Below are positions 1 through 8,816 of a DNA stretch of 63,399 nt, piece after piece (position 1 is the stretch's first letter; the number at the start of each line of letters is the position of its first letter). Position numbers and translations under genes: made by a program. The notes beneath the pieces are model-generated. The model saw only the letters and a program-made list of their open reading frames with translations, was not told the origin of the DNA and ran no database searches. The stretch is from Acidimicrobiia bacterium (GTDB lineage: Bacteria; Actinomycetota; Acidimicrobiia; Spongiisociales; JAHEDJ01), in the NCBI GenBank assembly GCA_029210695.1, contig JARGFH010000015.1:1-63399 (forward strand), read 5' to 3'.

Positions 1-103
1 GCCGGACCTGACCGAACCCCAACCCGGTCCCATCACACTGGCGAACCGGTGGTCCCATCAAGCTGGCGAGCGACACCCAACGGCGCGGTATGCTCCGTGA
101 CTC

Positions 104-1021
104 ATGGAGCCCCCTTCGGACACGCCCTCCATCTCCATCACCGATCCCGATGCGCGCGGCTCAGGCTGGCGTGAGCTCGTCGGCGCCTACGTCGCGCTCA
201 CGAAACCGCGCATCATCGAACTGCTGCTGATCACAACGGTTCCTGCGATGGTTCTCGCCGCCAGGGGCTGGCCGGGTACCTGGCTCGTATTCGCCACACT
301 CGTCGGAGGCACGCTGTCTGCCGCAGGCGCCAACACGCTCAACAACTACATCGATCGCGACATCGACCAGCAGATGAAGCGCACCTCACGCCGGCCATTA
401 CCCCGCCGCCGGGTTGAGCCTCGGAGTGCGTTGCGCTTTGGAGTCGTTCTGGGATTCGCCGGCTTTGCCGTGCTCTGGATTACGACGAATCTGCTGGCGG
501 CCTCCATCTCAACCGCCGCCTTGCTGTTCTATGTGTTCGTCTACTCGCTGACCTTGAAGCGGACGACGGCGCAGAACATCGTGATCGGGGGAGCCGCAGG
601 GGCTGCGCCGGTGCTGGTCGGTTGGGCGGCCGTGACCAATACTGTTGGGTTGTCGGCATGGATCATGTTCGCCATCGTCTTCTATTGGACGCCGCCCCAC
701 TTCTGGGCGCTGGCGTTGCGATATCGAGATGACTACGCGGCCGTGGAAGTTCCGATGTTGCCGGTGATCGTCGGTCCGAAGAAGACGGCGCAACAGATCA
801 TCGTTTATTCGGGGTTGCTGGTGTTCGTGACGTTCTGGTTGGTGCCCGTCGCCAACCTGGGTTGGATCTACACCGGGTCGGCGGCGGTACTCGGAGCGTG
901 GATGCTGTTCGACTCCGTCCGTCTTCTCAACAATCCGGAAACGGCGATGAATCTATTCCGAACTTCCACCATCTATCTGTCGCTCCTGTTTGCGGCCATT
1001 TGGGTTGACGTGGTCATCTGA
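104..1021 (+). CDS. ctaB: Protoheme IX farnesyltransferase (heme o synthase)
   Basis: LTKPRII, NNYIDRDID..M.RT..RP and FYWTPPHFWALA motifs; multi-TM protein. Confidence 0.95.
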   Translation: MEPPSDTPSISITDPDARGSGWRELVGAYVALTKPRIIELLLITTVPAMVLAARGWPGTWLVFATLVGGTLSAAGANTLNNYIDRDIDQQMKRTSRRPLPRRRVEPRSALRFGVVLGFAGFAVLWITTNLLAASISTAALLFYVFVYSLTLKRTTAQNIVIGGAAGAAPVLVGWAAVTNTVGLSAWIMFAIVFYWTPPHFWALALRYRDDYAAVEVPMLPVIVGPKKTAQQIIVYSGLLVFVTFWLVPVANLGWIYTGSAAVLGAWMLFDSVRLLNNPETAMNLFRTSTIYLSLLFAAIWVDVVI

Positions 1022-1167
1022 ACGGTGCCGGCGATTTCGGCTGACAGGCCGGCGATGGTCGATACAGACCCCGGGGGTGGCCAAATGGTCCCGGTGGAAG
1101 GGCCTCACGCCTCTGGCAGCCACCGGACCGAGCCGGTTCCAATGGATGGATACGACCCAGGAGAGCC

Positions 1168-1308
1168 ATGAGCTCCGCCACCGTGAGCAACGCCGCCGTT
1201 CAGACGTTCGGCATCTCCAGGACATACGGACCCCTCACGGCAGTCGACCATGTGGATCTATCTGTGAAGAAGGGAGAGCTCTTCTCGCGGTTGGGTCCGA
1301 ATGGCGCC
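1168..1308 (+). pseudogene. N-terminal fragment of an ABC transporter ATP-binding protein
   Basis: ISRTYGPLTAVDHVDLSVKKGELFSRLGPNGA stops in the middle of the Walker A motif. Confidence 0.75.
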
Positions 1309-1900
1309 CGGCTCTGCGCTGTTGGAGTTGGGCAGCCTGGCGGGGCTGGAAATGTACGGCACGGCATCCAAACACAACCACGAACTCGTCTCGAACCTCG
1401 GAGCCACGCCGATCGACTACCGCAACGACGACTTCGTCGAGCGCATTCGCGATCTCACGGGCGACGCGGTGGATGTCGTGTTCGACCCCATCGGCGGAGC
1501 CCGCCAGCTATGGCGGTCCTACCGGACGCTGCGCAAGGGTGGACGCCTGGTTTGGTTCGGCGTGGCCGCCACCTCGAAAGCCGGGATGCGGGTCATCCCG
1601 GCGAGTCTGCTGACTCGTCTCGCGCTGGCGCTCATACCGGACGGTAAACACGCGCCGATGACCCCGACCGGTGGCGACCACGAAACTCTGAAGGGTCTCT
1701 TTGATGTGCTGGCGTCCGGAAAGATCCATCCGGTGGTGGCGGATCGCATACCGCTGGTTGAGGCTGCTCGTGCTCAGGTTTTGCTCGAACGCGGAGGGCA
1801 ACGCGGCAAGGTGGTACTCGTTGCCGATCCGGCGGGAGGGCTTCTCGGGTCGAAGTCGGCGGTGGTTGGAGCTGATTGCACCGGCACTGCGCCGGGTTGA
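1309..1900 (+). pseudogene. C-terminal half of an MDR / quinone-oxidoreductase-like dehydrogenase
   Basis: GSALLELG..AG..MYGTAS...LGATPIDY...VDVVFDPIGG...GKVVLV; the N-terminal domain and the start of the Rossmann motif are missing. Confidence 0.75.
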
Positions 1901-1948
1901 GTACGAGGACGGGTGAATCCTGGTGCGGCGTGTGGCCGATGCCCCAGT

Positions 1949-3001
1949 CTAGAGCTCCCCGAGCGACCGCAGGCGGCGCTGCTCGGCGCGAGAACCGGCC
2001 AGGATTACCTGGAAAACGGCCTCGGCCTGTTCGGGATCGAGGTCTTGCAGGACGGCTTCTTCCCGGATAATTGCCACGAGTTCCGCCTCACGGGCCGGTG
2101 AACGCACCGACATTCCGCGCTCGGCTTTTACCCGTCCGATCTGCAGGGCGAGATCGCGTCGACGGGACAACAGCCTGACGATGTCACGGTCGACCAGGTC
2201 GATGGCCTTGCGCATCCGGTTGATTCCGAGCGCCTCCATGAGGTGGGCGAACTCCGAAACGGCCAACTGACCGATGGCGTTGACGAGGGCAGCCTCGGGC
2301 GTCGGGTGGACCTCGACCGCCAACCCGTCGGCGCCGACGCCCTGCGCGGCCAGCGCCAGAGGCACGACTCGGGCGCGGCTTCCTGCCGAGTGGCTTGGCA
2401 GCACGATCACGGGCAGGTGGGTCCGTTCCTTGACGATCGGCACCGAACTGATATCCAGGGTGTCGCCATCGGCGAACGTCCGGATCCCGCGCTCACAGAG
2501 CACGACGTTGTCGTTTCCTTCGGCCAGGATGTACTCGGCGGCCCAGAGCCACTCGTCGATAGTGGCCGACGGCCCCCTCTTGAGCAGAACGGGGCGTTCC
2601 TGCTGACCGATCGCACGTAACAACTCGAAGTTCTGCATGTTGCCGGCGCCGATCTCGATCATGTCGGCCAATTCAGACGCCTCGGGAATGCCGGCGGGTT
2701 CGATGACCTGGGTGACGACCGGCAGGCCCACCGCATCACCCGCTGCTCTCAGCATTTTCAGCCCTTCACTACCGAGACCACGGAACTCATATGGCGATGC
2801 ACCGGCAACCGAGGTTCCGGCTCTCAGCATTGCCCCCCCGGCTGCCGCCACCGCCTCGGCAGTCTCTTTGATCTGGGCCTCGCTCTCGATCACACACGGC
2901 CCGGCAATGACCGGGAACGGATCATGACCGAAGCGCACAGAGCCGACCTCAACGACCGTGTTGGCTGCGCTGGAGTCGATGCGTTCTGCTTTGCGAATCA
3001 T
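1949..3001 (-). CDS. Type I-beta DAHP-synthase-like domain (degenerate active site) fused to a C-terminal AroQ chorismate mutase
   Basis: IAGPC, LLKRG, LCERG and EVHP motifs; C-terminal MRKAIDLVDRDIVRLLSRR...RVK...PARE...SRAEQ; ATG at 3001 preceded by GAAGGA. Confidence 0.88.
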   Translation of the reverse strand: MIRKAERIDSSAANTVVEVGSVRFGHDPFPVIAGPCVIESEAQIKETAEAVAAAGGAMLRAGTSVAGASPYEFRGLGSEGLKMLRAAGDAVGLPVVTQVIEPAGIPEASELADMIEIGAGNMQNFELLRAIGQQERPVLLKRGPSATIDEWLWAAEYILAEGNDNVVLCERGIRTFADGDTLDISSVPIVKERTHLPVIVLPSHSAGSRARVVPLALAAQGVGADGLAVEVHPTPEAALVNAIGQLAVSEFAHLMEALGINRMRKAIDLVDRDIVRLLSRRRDLALQIGRVKAERGMSVRSPAREAELVAIIREEAVLQDLDPEQAEAVFQVILAGSRAEQRRLRSLGEL

Positions 3002-3035
3002 GTGATGTCCTTCCGCCGGAAGGGCTCCAGATATG

Positions 3036-3061
3036 AAAAACCCGGAGCCGTGAGCTCCGGG
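3036..3061 (-). terminator. Intrinsic terminator of the attenuator
   Basis: Minus strand CCCGGAGC-TCACG-GCTCCGGG followed by TTTTT. Confidence 0.85.
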
Positions 3062-3086
3062 CCTGGTGATGGTGAATGCTGTCTTG

Positions 3087-3161
3087 CTAGTTGCGCGCAC
3101 CTTCGGCCCGGACACTCCGTCCGGTAAAACCGAAATACGCAAAGAAGACTCGTGATGTCAT
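3087..3161 (-). CDS. Phe/Tyr-rich attenuator leader peptide MTSRVFFAYFGFTGRSVRAEGARN (pheL-like)
   Basis: 4 Phe and 1 Tyr within 7 codons, followed by alternative hairpins and a terminator upstream of an aromatic-pathway gene. Confidence 0.85.
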   Translation of the reverse strand: MTSRVFFAYFGFTGRSVRAEGARN

Positions 3162-3276
3162 GTGCAACGCACAGTATCGAAGATACAGAGTTGTGTAAAG
3201 GGGCGAGGGGGTTCCGGTAACAGGATGCCCGGGATCGGTTTGCACTCTGGAACCCCCGACCTGGAACGGAGGGGCC

Positions 3277-4125
3277 CTACCGGAGATGCTCGGACAGAAA
3301 CCCGAGGATTCGATGTATGTGCGGTTCGAAGGCATCGAGCGACGCATGGTCGGCACCTTCGACAAAGAGCGTCTCCGCGTCGGGAACCCGGCGGACCAGT
3401 TCCTCGAAGTGACGGGGCGTGACGGTCGTGTCGGCCCCGCCATGTACGAGCATGACCGGAGCGCTCACCAGCGCCACCCGCTCCCGTGGGGCGATGTCAT
3501 CGAAACGAAACCCGATTGTTCGTTCCATGGTCCGAAAGAGACCTCGCTGAACCGACCGTGGGAAGTGGCTGAACGGGGGACCTTCCGCCATGGCCTCACC
3601 CGGGTGAGCGAAGGCGGCCACGGACACGACCGCGTTGATTTGATCCGTTCGGGATGCAGCCAGGATGGCCGCGCCCGCTCCGACAGAATGGCCGATCACG
3701 CCGATCGATGAGACATCGGGTCTGCTTCGCAGCCACTCGATCGCCACGTCGAGGTCTTCAGCAAAGCGAGGCATAGAGACGAAGTCATCGTGTTCGCTCC
3801 TGCCGTGGTTCCTGGCATCCAGGAAGACCGCATGGAATCCGGCGCGATGAAGGTGGGGTGCCAGGGGCAGCATGAGCGAAGCGTTGCCGCCCCATCCGTG
3901 CAAGACGACGATCGCCGGCGCTCGACCGCCGGCCGGGATGAACCAGGCCTTCAACTCCGTCCCGGTTGCGCTGGCCAATGCAACCTCTTCCTCCGGGAGT
4001 CCGAGATCCGCGGGCGTGTGCGGCTGAGGTCTTTGTGGGGGAGCCAGAGTTCGCTTGAGGATCTCCGGCATGAGCCTCGCAACACCCACAACAAGCAGAG
4101 AGGGCAGCAGGAGACGTTTGAGCAT
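3277..4125 (-). CDS. Alpha/beta hydrolase
   Basis: LHGWGG, GHSVG nucleophile elbow, VHGGAD..V and ADH catalytic triad residues. Confidence 0.9.
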   Translation of the reverse strand: MLKRLLLPSLLVVGVARLMPEILKRTLAPPQRPQPHTPADLGLPEEEVALASATGTELKAWFIPAGGRAPAIVVLHGWGGNASLMLPLAPHLHRAGFHAVFLDARNHGRSEHDDFVSMPRFAEDLDVAIEWLRSRPDVSSIGVIGHSVGAGAAILAASRTDQINAVVSVAAFAHPGEAMAEGPPFSHFPRSVQRGLFRTMERTIGFRFDDIAPRERVALVSAPVMLVHGGADTTVTPRHFEELVRRVPDAETLFVEGADHASLDAFEPHIHRILGFLSEHLR

Positions 4126-4324
4126 CCGCGCATTGTACGAGGACCGGGAGGATGTGTTTGCGGGAGAGCCGGGCCTCCGATGCGACCACTCTGGGGTTCT
4201 GAGGTATGTGGTAGCGATCTATCCCGGAGCCAATTGCCAATGGCCAATTGCCTGCCCACAAGGTGGTGCCGATTTCCCGCGTCCCGACAGGGCGGTCCCA
4301 CTCCCGTCTAGCATCGATCGCCTT

Positions 4325-5233
4325 GTGTCAATCTCAATTCACCTCGAGGACCTGACCAAGCGCTACGGGGCGCTCACCGCAGTCGACGGCCTCAGCCTCG
4401 ACGTAGGTACCGGCGAGACTTATGCGTTGCTCGGCCCGAACGGGGCCGGCAAGACCACTACCGTCGAGATCCTCGAAGGGCTCCGTGCCTGCGACTCAGG
4501 CATTGTCGAAGTGCTCGGGCTGAACCCCGTTTCGGATCGCACTCGCCTCCAACGCCGGATCGGAGTCATGCTGCAGGAGGGCGGCGTGTATCAGGGGGCA
4601 AAGGCCCGGGAGGTAGTTTCGCTGTTCGCCTCCTACTACCCGAGTGCCAGAGCCGCGGACGAACTCCTCGAACTGGTCGGGTTGGCCGATCGTGCGACCA
4701 CGCTTCACCGCCGCCTCTCAGGAGGTGAGAAGCAGAGGCTCTCGCTGGCGCTGGCACTTGTCAACCGACCGGAACTGGTCTTTCTCGATGAACCGACCGC
4801 CGGCATGGATCCGGTGGCCCGGCGAACGACCTGGGAGATCATTGAGCACATGCAGTCGGAAGGCGTAACGATTCTTCTCACCACCCACTTCATGGACGAA
4901 GCAGAACGCCTCGCTGATCGGGTCGGAATCCTCAATCACGGACGTCTGGTGGCGGAAGGGTCGCCCGTCGACCTCATCCATGCGCGGGGTGATGTGTCGT
5001 TCGTCTCAGTTCCCGATCTGCCCATCGAAGAGCTGATCGAGGAGATCGGAATCGACGTCCGCGAGGTGCGTACAGGCTTCTACGTCGTGACCACCGACAC
5101 GCCGACCCCGAAGCTGGTGTCCGATGTGGCTGCCTGGCTCGCCAAGCGTGATGCCCTGATCACCGAGCTGCGCGTCGGGGCCGGAGGCCTCGAGGAGGTC
5201 TTTCTGGCGCTTATGGAAGAGAACAACCGATGA
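4325..5233 (+). CDS. ABC transporter ATP-binding protein (ABC-2 exporter)
   Basis: GPNGAGKT, LSGGEKQR and VFLDEPT; GTG start inferred. Confidence 0.93.
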   Translation: MSISIHLEDLTKRYGALTAVDGLSLDVGTGETYALLGPNGAGKTTTVEILEGLRACDSGIVEVLGLNPVSDRTRLQRRIGVMLQEGGVYQGAKAREVVSLFASYYPSARAADELLELVGLADRATTLHRRLSGGEKQRLSLALALVNRPELVFLDEPTAGMDPVARRTTWEIIEHMQSEGVTILLTTHFMDEAERLADRVGILNHGRLVAEGSPVDLIHARGDVSFVSVPDLPIEELIEEIGIDVREVRTGFYVVTTDTPTPKLVSDVAAWLAKRDALITELRVGAGGLEEVFLALMEENNR

Positions 5234-5952
5234 ATGGGCGGATGCTGGTCGAGCAAGCCCGCATGGAGCTCATGCTCACCCTGCGGCGGGGTGAAGCGGT
5301 GCTGCTCACCCTCATCGTCCCCGTTTCGCTGCTGCTGTTCTTCGGCGCCACGAATCTGTTTGACATCGAAATCGGGTTCCTGGTACCGGGCCTCCTCACG
5401 CTGTCGGTGATCTCATCTGCGCTCGTCGCACTAGCGATCGCGACCGGGTTCGAACGCAAGTACATGGTCCTCAAACGCCTGGGTGCCACCCCACTACCCC
5501 GTTCCGTTCTCTTTGCAGGGAAACTGGTCGCCACGCTCCTGTTGGAGGCCCTCCAGATCGTGATCATCCTGGGTGCTGCTCGACTGTTCCTCGATTTCCG
5601 GCCGCCGATCTCCTGGTGGGCGTTGGTGCTCGCCGTCGCCCTCGGCACAGCTGCCTTCGGCGGACTCGCCTTCCTGCTGTCGGGAACACTGCGAGCCGAA
5701 GCGACGCTGGCGGTGGTGAACGGATTGTTCGTTGCCTTTTTTGGACTCGGCGGAGTGATGTTCTCAGTCGACGGCCTCCCGCGACCACTTGCTGCCATCG
5801 CCGACATCATGCCGGCGGCCGGTTTGTCCGAGATGATTCGTTGGGCGACCGGGTATGGCGAGGCGCTCGGCGAAGTGGTGTGGGTCCTGGTGTTCTGGGC
5901 CATCGTTGCCCCGCTGCTGGCCGTGCGATTCTTCAGTTGGGAAGAGAAGTGA
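5230..5952 (+). CDS. ABC-2 type permease
   Basis: About six TM segments, ER...LKRLGATPL motif, ATGA overlap with the ATPase. Confidence 0.9.
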   Translation: MNGRMLVEQARMELMLTLRRGEAVLLTLIVPVSLLLFFGATNLFDIEIGFLVPGLLTLSVISSALVALAIATGFERKYMVLKRLGATPLPRSVLFAGKLVATLLLEALQIVIILGAARLFLDFRPPISWWALVLAVALGTAAFGGLAFLLSGTLRAEATLAVVNGLFVAFFGLGGVMFSVDGLPRPLAAIADIMPAAGLSEMIRWATGYGEALGEVVWVLVFWAIVAPLLAVRFFSWEEK

Positions 5953-6359
5953 GCGAGCGACGGATCTTCTGGTGGGCGGCGGTTGCGTCGCTTTGGACAT
6001 TCATTGCGTGGGGCAACCGCATCGGCCTACTCACGGGCGACGAGGCGTCTGATCCATGGACCTGGATCCGGGTCGGTGGGTCCTTGCTGTTCGGCCTTGC
6101 GCTGGCCGGCATCGCGGTGCTTCTCCGGCGCGGCCGGCCCCTGACCGCATGGATGACCCGGGTCTTCATCGGATTCGGGGTACTCATGCTGATCATCTGG
6201 ATTCGATCGTCCGCCTCCGTCTTGAGTGGAGACGAGAGTGTCGCCTTCAAGTCGGTCCACATCGCGCTGGCGCTGACTTCGATCGGGTTGGGGATCGTCC
6301 TGGCCGGCCTCGCCACACGGAGCCGGAGAGGACGCACGAACGTCAGATCCGGGCGCTGA
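5949..6359 (+). CDS. Small 4-TM membrane protein
   Basis: GTGA overlap with the permease stop; hydrophobic helices; WGNRI and VHIALA segments. Confidence 0.7.
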   Translation: MSERRIFWWAAVASLWTFIAWGNRIGLLTGDEASDPWTWIRVGGSLLFGLALAGIAVLLRRGRPLTAWMTRVFIGFGVLMLIIWIRSSASVLSGDESVAFKSVHIALALTSIGLGIVLAGLATRSRRGRTNVRSGR

Positions 6360-6409
6360 GCCGGTGAAATAACTCGAACCGGCGCCTACTCCGTCGCACC
6401 AACCCGGGC

Positions 6410-6750
6410 GTGCCCCCTTCGCCTCGAGGACTCGGCATCTCCCCCGCTTCCGCGGGGGAGAAACGCGGTTTTCGGTCCCCCTTTGGGCGTTCTGTCGCGA
6501 TTTGAGTCCGACCCGTGGCCGCTCAGAAACGTCCTCCACCGGCGTCAGCTGGGGGAGGTGGCCTGCTGCTGATGCAGCAGGGCGGAGGGGGCTTGGCCGA
6601 ACACTTGTAGGACCGGGACGAGACCCGCAGGACACCCCCCTCAGTCCGGCTACGCCGGACGGCTCCCCTGCAAACGGGAGAGCACGCGGTTTTCGGTCCC
6701 CCCTTTGGGGGGAAGGTACCGCCGCCGGTAGGCGGGGGTAGGGGGGCTCG
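6410..6750. repeat. Cluster of four G/C-run two-hairpin REP-like elements in alternating orientation, plus a ~24-bp direct repeat (CGCGGTTTTCGGTCCCCC..TTTGGG)
   Basis: CCCCCT-hairpin-CTCCCC-loop-GGG(G)AG units at ~6412, ~6533 (rev), ~6634 and ~6695 (rev); a related copy lies at 57076-57126. Confidence 0.65.
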
Positions 6751-6794
6751 GTCCCCGAGGGGGCACCTCCTGCAAGCAACGATCGTCCGCTCTG

Positions 6795-7712
6795 CTATCG
6801 GATGGCTAGAACCGACCGGCAGGAATGCTGCGCGATCCGCGGGGTCACAGAGCCCATCAAGAACTTCTCGATGGCACCCTTCCCCTTGTGTCCGAGGACG
6901 ATCAGGTCTGCCTTGAAGTCCTCTCCTGCTGCCAGAATCGCGTGACTTACGTCACCGGCTTCGGTGAGTGCCGTCGTCACTCCGGCCGTGACTTCGCGAA
7001 TCCGGTCGGCGGCCGCCTCGAGCGACTGTTTCTCGGTCTCCTTCTTCTGTTGCCAGATCCAGTTCAGCTCCTGGCGGATGTCCTGGCGGAACAGGCGCAC
7101 CATGGGCAGGACCGTCAAGACCCGGATCGCTGCTTCATCGCCGAAATCCAGCGATGTGCAGAAGGCGATAGCCTTTTCGGACGGCTCCGAACCGTCGTAG
7201 CCGACCAGAATGCGCCATGGATGGCCGTGGAGGGCCGGAAGCTCGGGTTGGCTCCCCTCACATTCCGCCTCGGGTTGGCGGACGATCAGGACAGACCGTT
7301 TGGATGACTGGAAGACCTGATTCGAAACGCTGCCGAGCAGGAATCGTTTGAACCCGGTGAGCCCGTGTGATCCAACAACGATCAGGTTCGCGTCATAGTC
7401 TTCGGCTGCTCCGACGATCTCGGCCGCTGGATGTCCCACCCCGATCTCGGTTGTGACGCTCCACCCCGCCTGCCGGAGGACGGCGGCCTCGGAATCTAGG
7501 AGCTCTTCGACCTCGATACGGGTGCCGCTCTTCGACTCCTCGAATGCGGTTCGCTGCTCGGGGGTGAGCGTCTCGATCTCGTGATCGCGCAGAACACTCG
7601 GTATGACAGAGACGATTTTCACGTCGGTGCCGGAGGGGAAGGGGAATCCGGCTACGAACCGAACCGCCGCCCCGGCGGTATCCGAACCGTCGGTCGCAAG
7701 CAGGACCCTCAT
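6795..7712 (-). CDS. Universal stress protein with two Usp domains
   Basis: VLLATDGS...LIVVGSHG...LLGSVS and ILVGYDGS...LIVLGHKG...MGSV. Confidence 0.93.
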   Translation of the reverse strand: MRVLLATDGSDTAGAAVRFVAGFPFPSGTDVKIVSVIPSVLRDHEIETLTPEQRTAFEESKSGTRIEVEELLDSEAAVLRQAGWSVTTEIGVGHPAAEIVGAAEDYDANLIVVGSHGLTGFKRFLLGSVSNQVFQSSKRSVLIVRQPEAECEGSQPELPALHGHPWRILVGYDGSEPSEKAIAFCTSLDFGDEAAIRVLTVLPMVRLFRQDIRQELNWIWQQKKETEKQSLEAAADRIREVTAGVTTALTEAGDVSHAILAAGEDFKADLIVLGHKGKGAIEKFLMGSVTPRIAQHSCRSVLAIR

Positions 7713-7728
7713 TGCTCGTTCCGTATCT

Positions 7729-8790
7729 TCACAGCGGCCCTCCGACATTCAGCGTGTATTGGAGCGTCACATACACACCGTACACGGCCAGCAGCCACGC
7801 CCCCTGCCAGCGCCGGAAGGCGGTGTCGGCCCTGCTGATGAAAACCCGAAACGAGATCAGAATGATCAGCATCGCCGGGAAGTGGAAGAAGTAGAAGTTG
7901 TCCGGAATGGCGAGTGGAGCGGCTACGGCGGCTGCGCCGATCACGAAGAGCACGTTCAACACGTCTGCACCAACTATGTTGCCGACGGTGATTTCTGGGT
8001 GACCTTTGCGGATTGCAGCAATCGCCGTCATCAGTTCGGGCAGAGAGGTTCCGAAGGCAACCAGCGTGGCGGCGATGACGTCTTCCGGTACGCCTGCCCG
8101 GACTGCGATTTCTGACGCGCTCGGCACCAGGACCCGGGCACCGACCACGATCAGGGTGAGTCCACCAATGATCATCGACCACGCCTTCGGCAGTTTCATT
8201 GGCTCCTCGTCTGAGATCTCCTCGTCTTGACCGAAATCTCCGCTCTGGGTTGCCCATCTATAGGTGACATACAGGTATGCGACCAGCAGGATCAGGAAGA
8301 ACAGGCCCACCCAGCGGCTCAGGATCGGTTTCTGGCCCGCTTCGGCGGTCATCAAGGCGATCACCGCGATGCCGACCAGCAGGGTTGCCGAGCCCACCTG
8401 CACCCAGCCGGTGCGATTGAGGATGAACCGATTCACCGGTACCGCAACGAGAACGCAGGTCAACCCGAATATCAGCCCGGTGTCGGCGATGATCGATCCG
8501 ACTCCGTTGCCCAGCGCCAGGCCGGGGTTGCCGAGAAAGGCGGCCATCACCGAAACGAATGCTTCGGGAAGAGTGGTGCCCAGGGAGACAACGGTGGCGC
8601 CGATCACGATCTTCGGGAGTCCGGTGCGCTGTGCGAGATCGACGACCCCGTCGATCATCCAGTCCGCTCCTTTGGAGAGAAGAGCAACGGATACGACGAT
8701 GATGAGGAGGATGGTCAGTACGGGCAATCCCGCTACGAAATCCTGGAGGACCTCCTCATCGGCGATCCACTTGATGATGCCGTTGTCCAC
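7729..8790 (-). CDS. Calcium/sodium antiporter (CaCA, YrbG-like)
   Basis: Two alpha repeats, GTTLPE...GNGVGS and GTSLPE...GNIVGA. Confidence 0.92.
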   Translation of the reverse strand: MDNGIIKWIADEEVLQDFVAGLPVLTILLIIVVSVALLSKGADWMIDGVVDLAQRTGLPKIVIGATVVSLGTTLPEAFVSVMAAFLGNPGLALGNGVGSIIADTGLIFGLTCVLVAVPVNRFILNRTGWVQVGSATLLVGIAVIALMTAEAGQKPILSRWVGLFFLILLVAYLYVTYRWATQSGDFGQDEEISDEEPMKLPKAWSMIIGGLTLIVVGARVLVPSASEIAVRAGVPEDVIAATLVAFGTSLPELMTAIAAIRKGHPEITVGNIVGADVLNVLFVIGAAAVAAPLAIPDNFYFFHFPAMLIILISFRVFISRADTAFRRWQGAWLLAVYGVYVTLQYTLNVGGPL

Positions 8791-8816
8791 CTAGCGTCTC
8801 ACTCTGTTCTAGAAAC

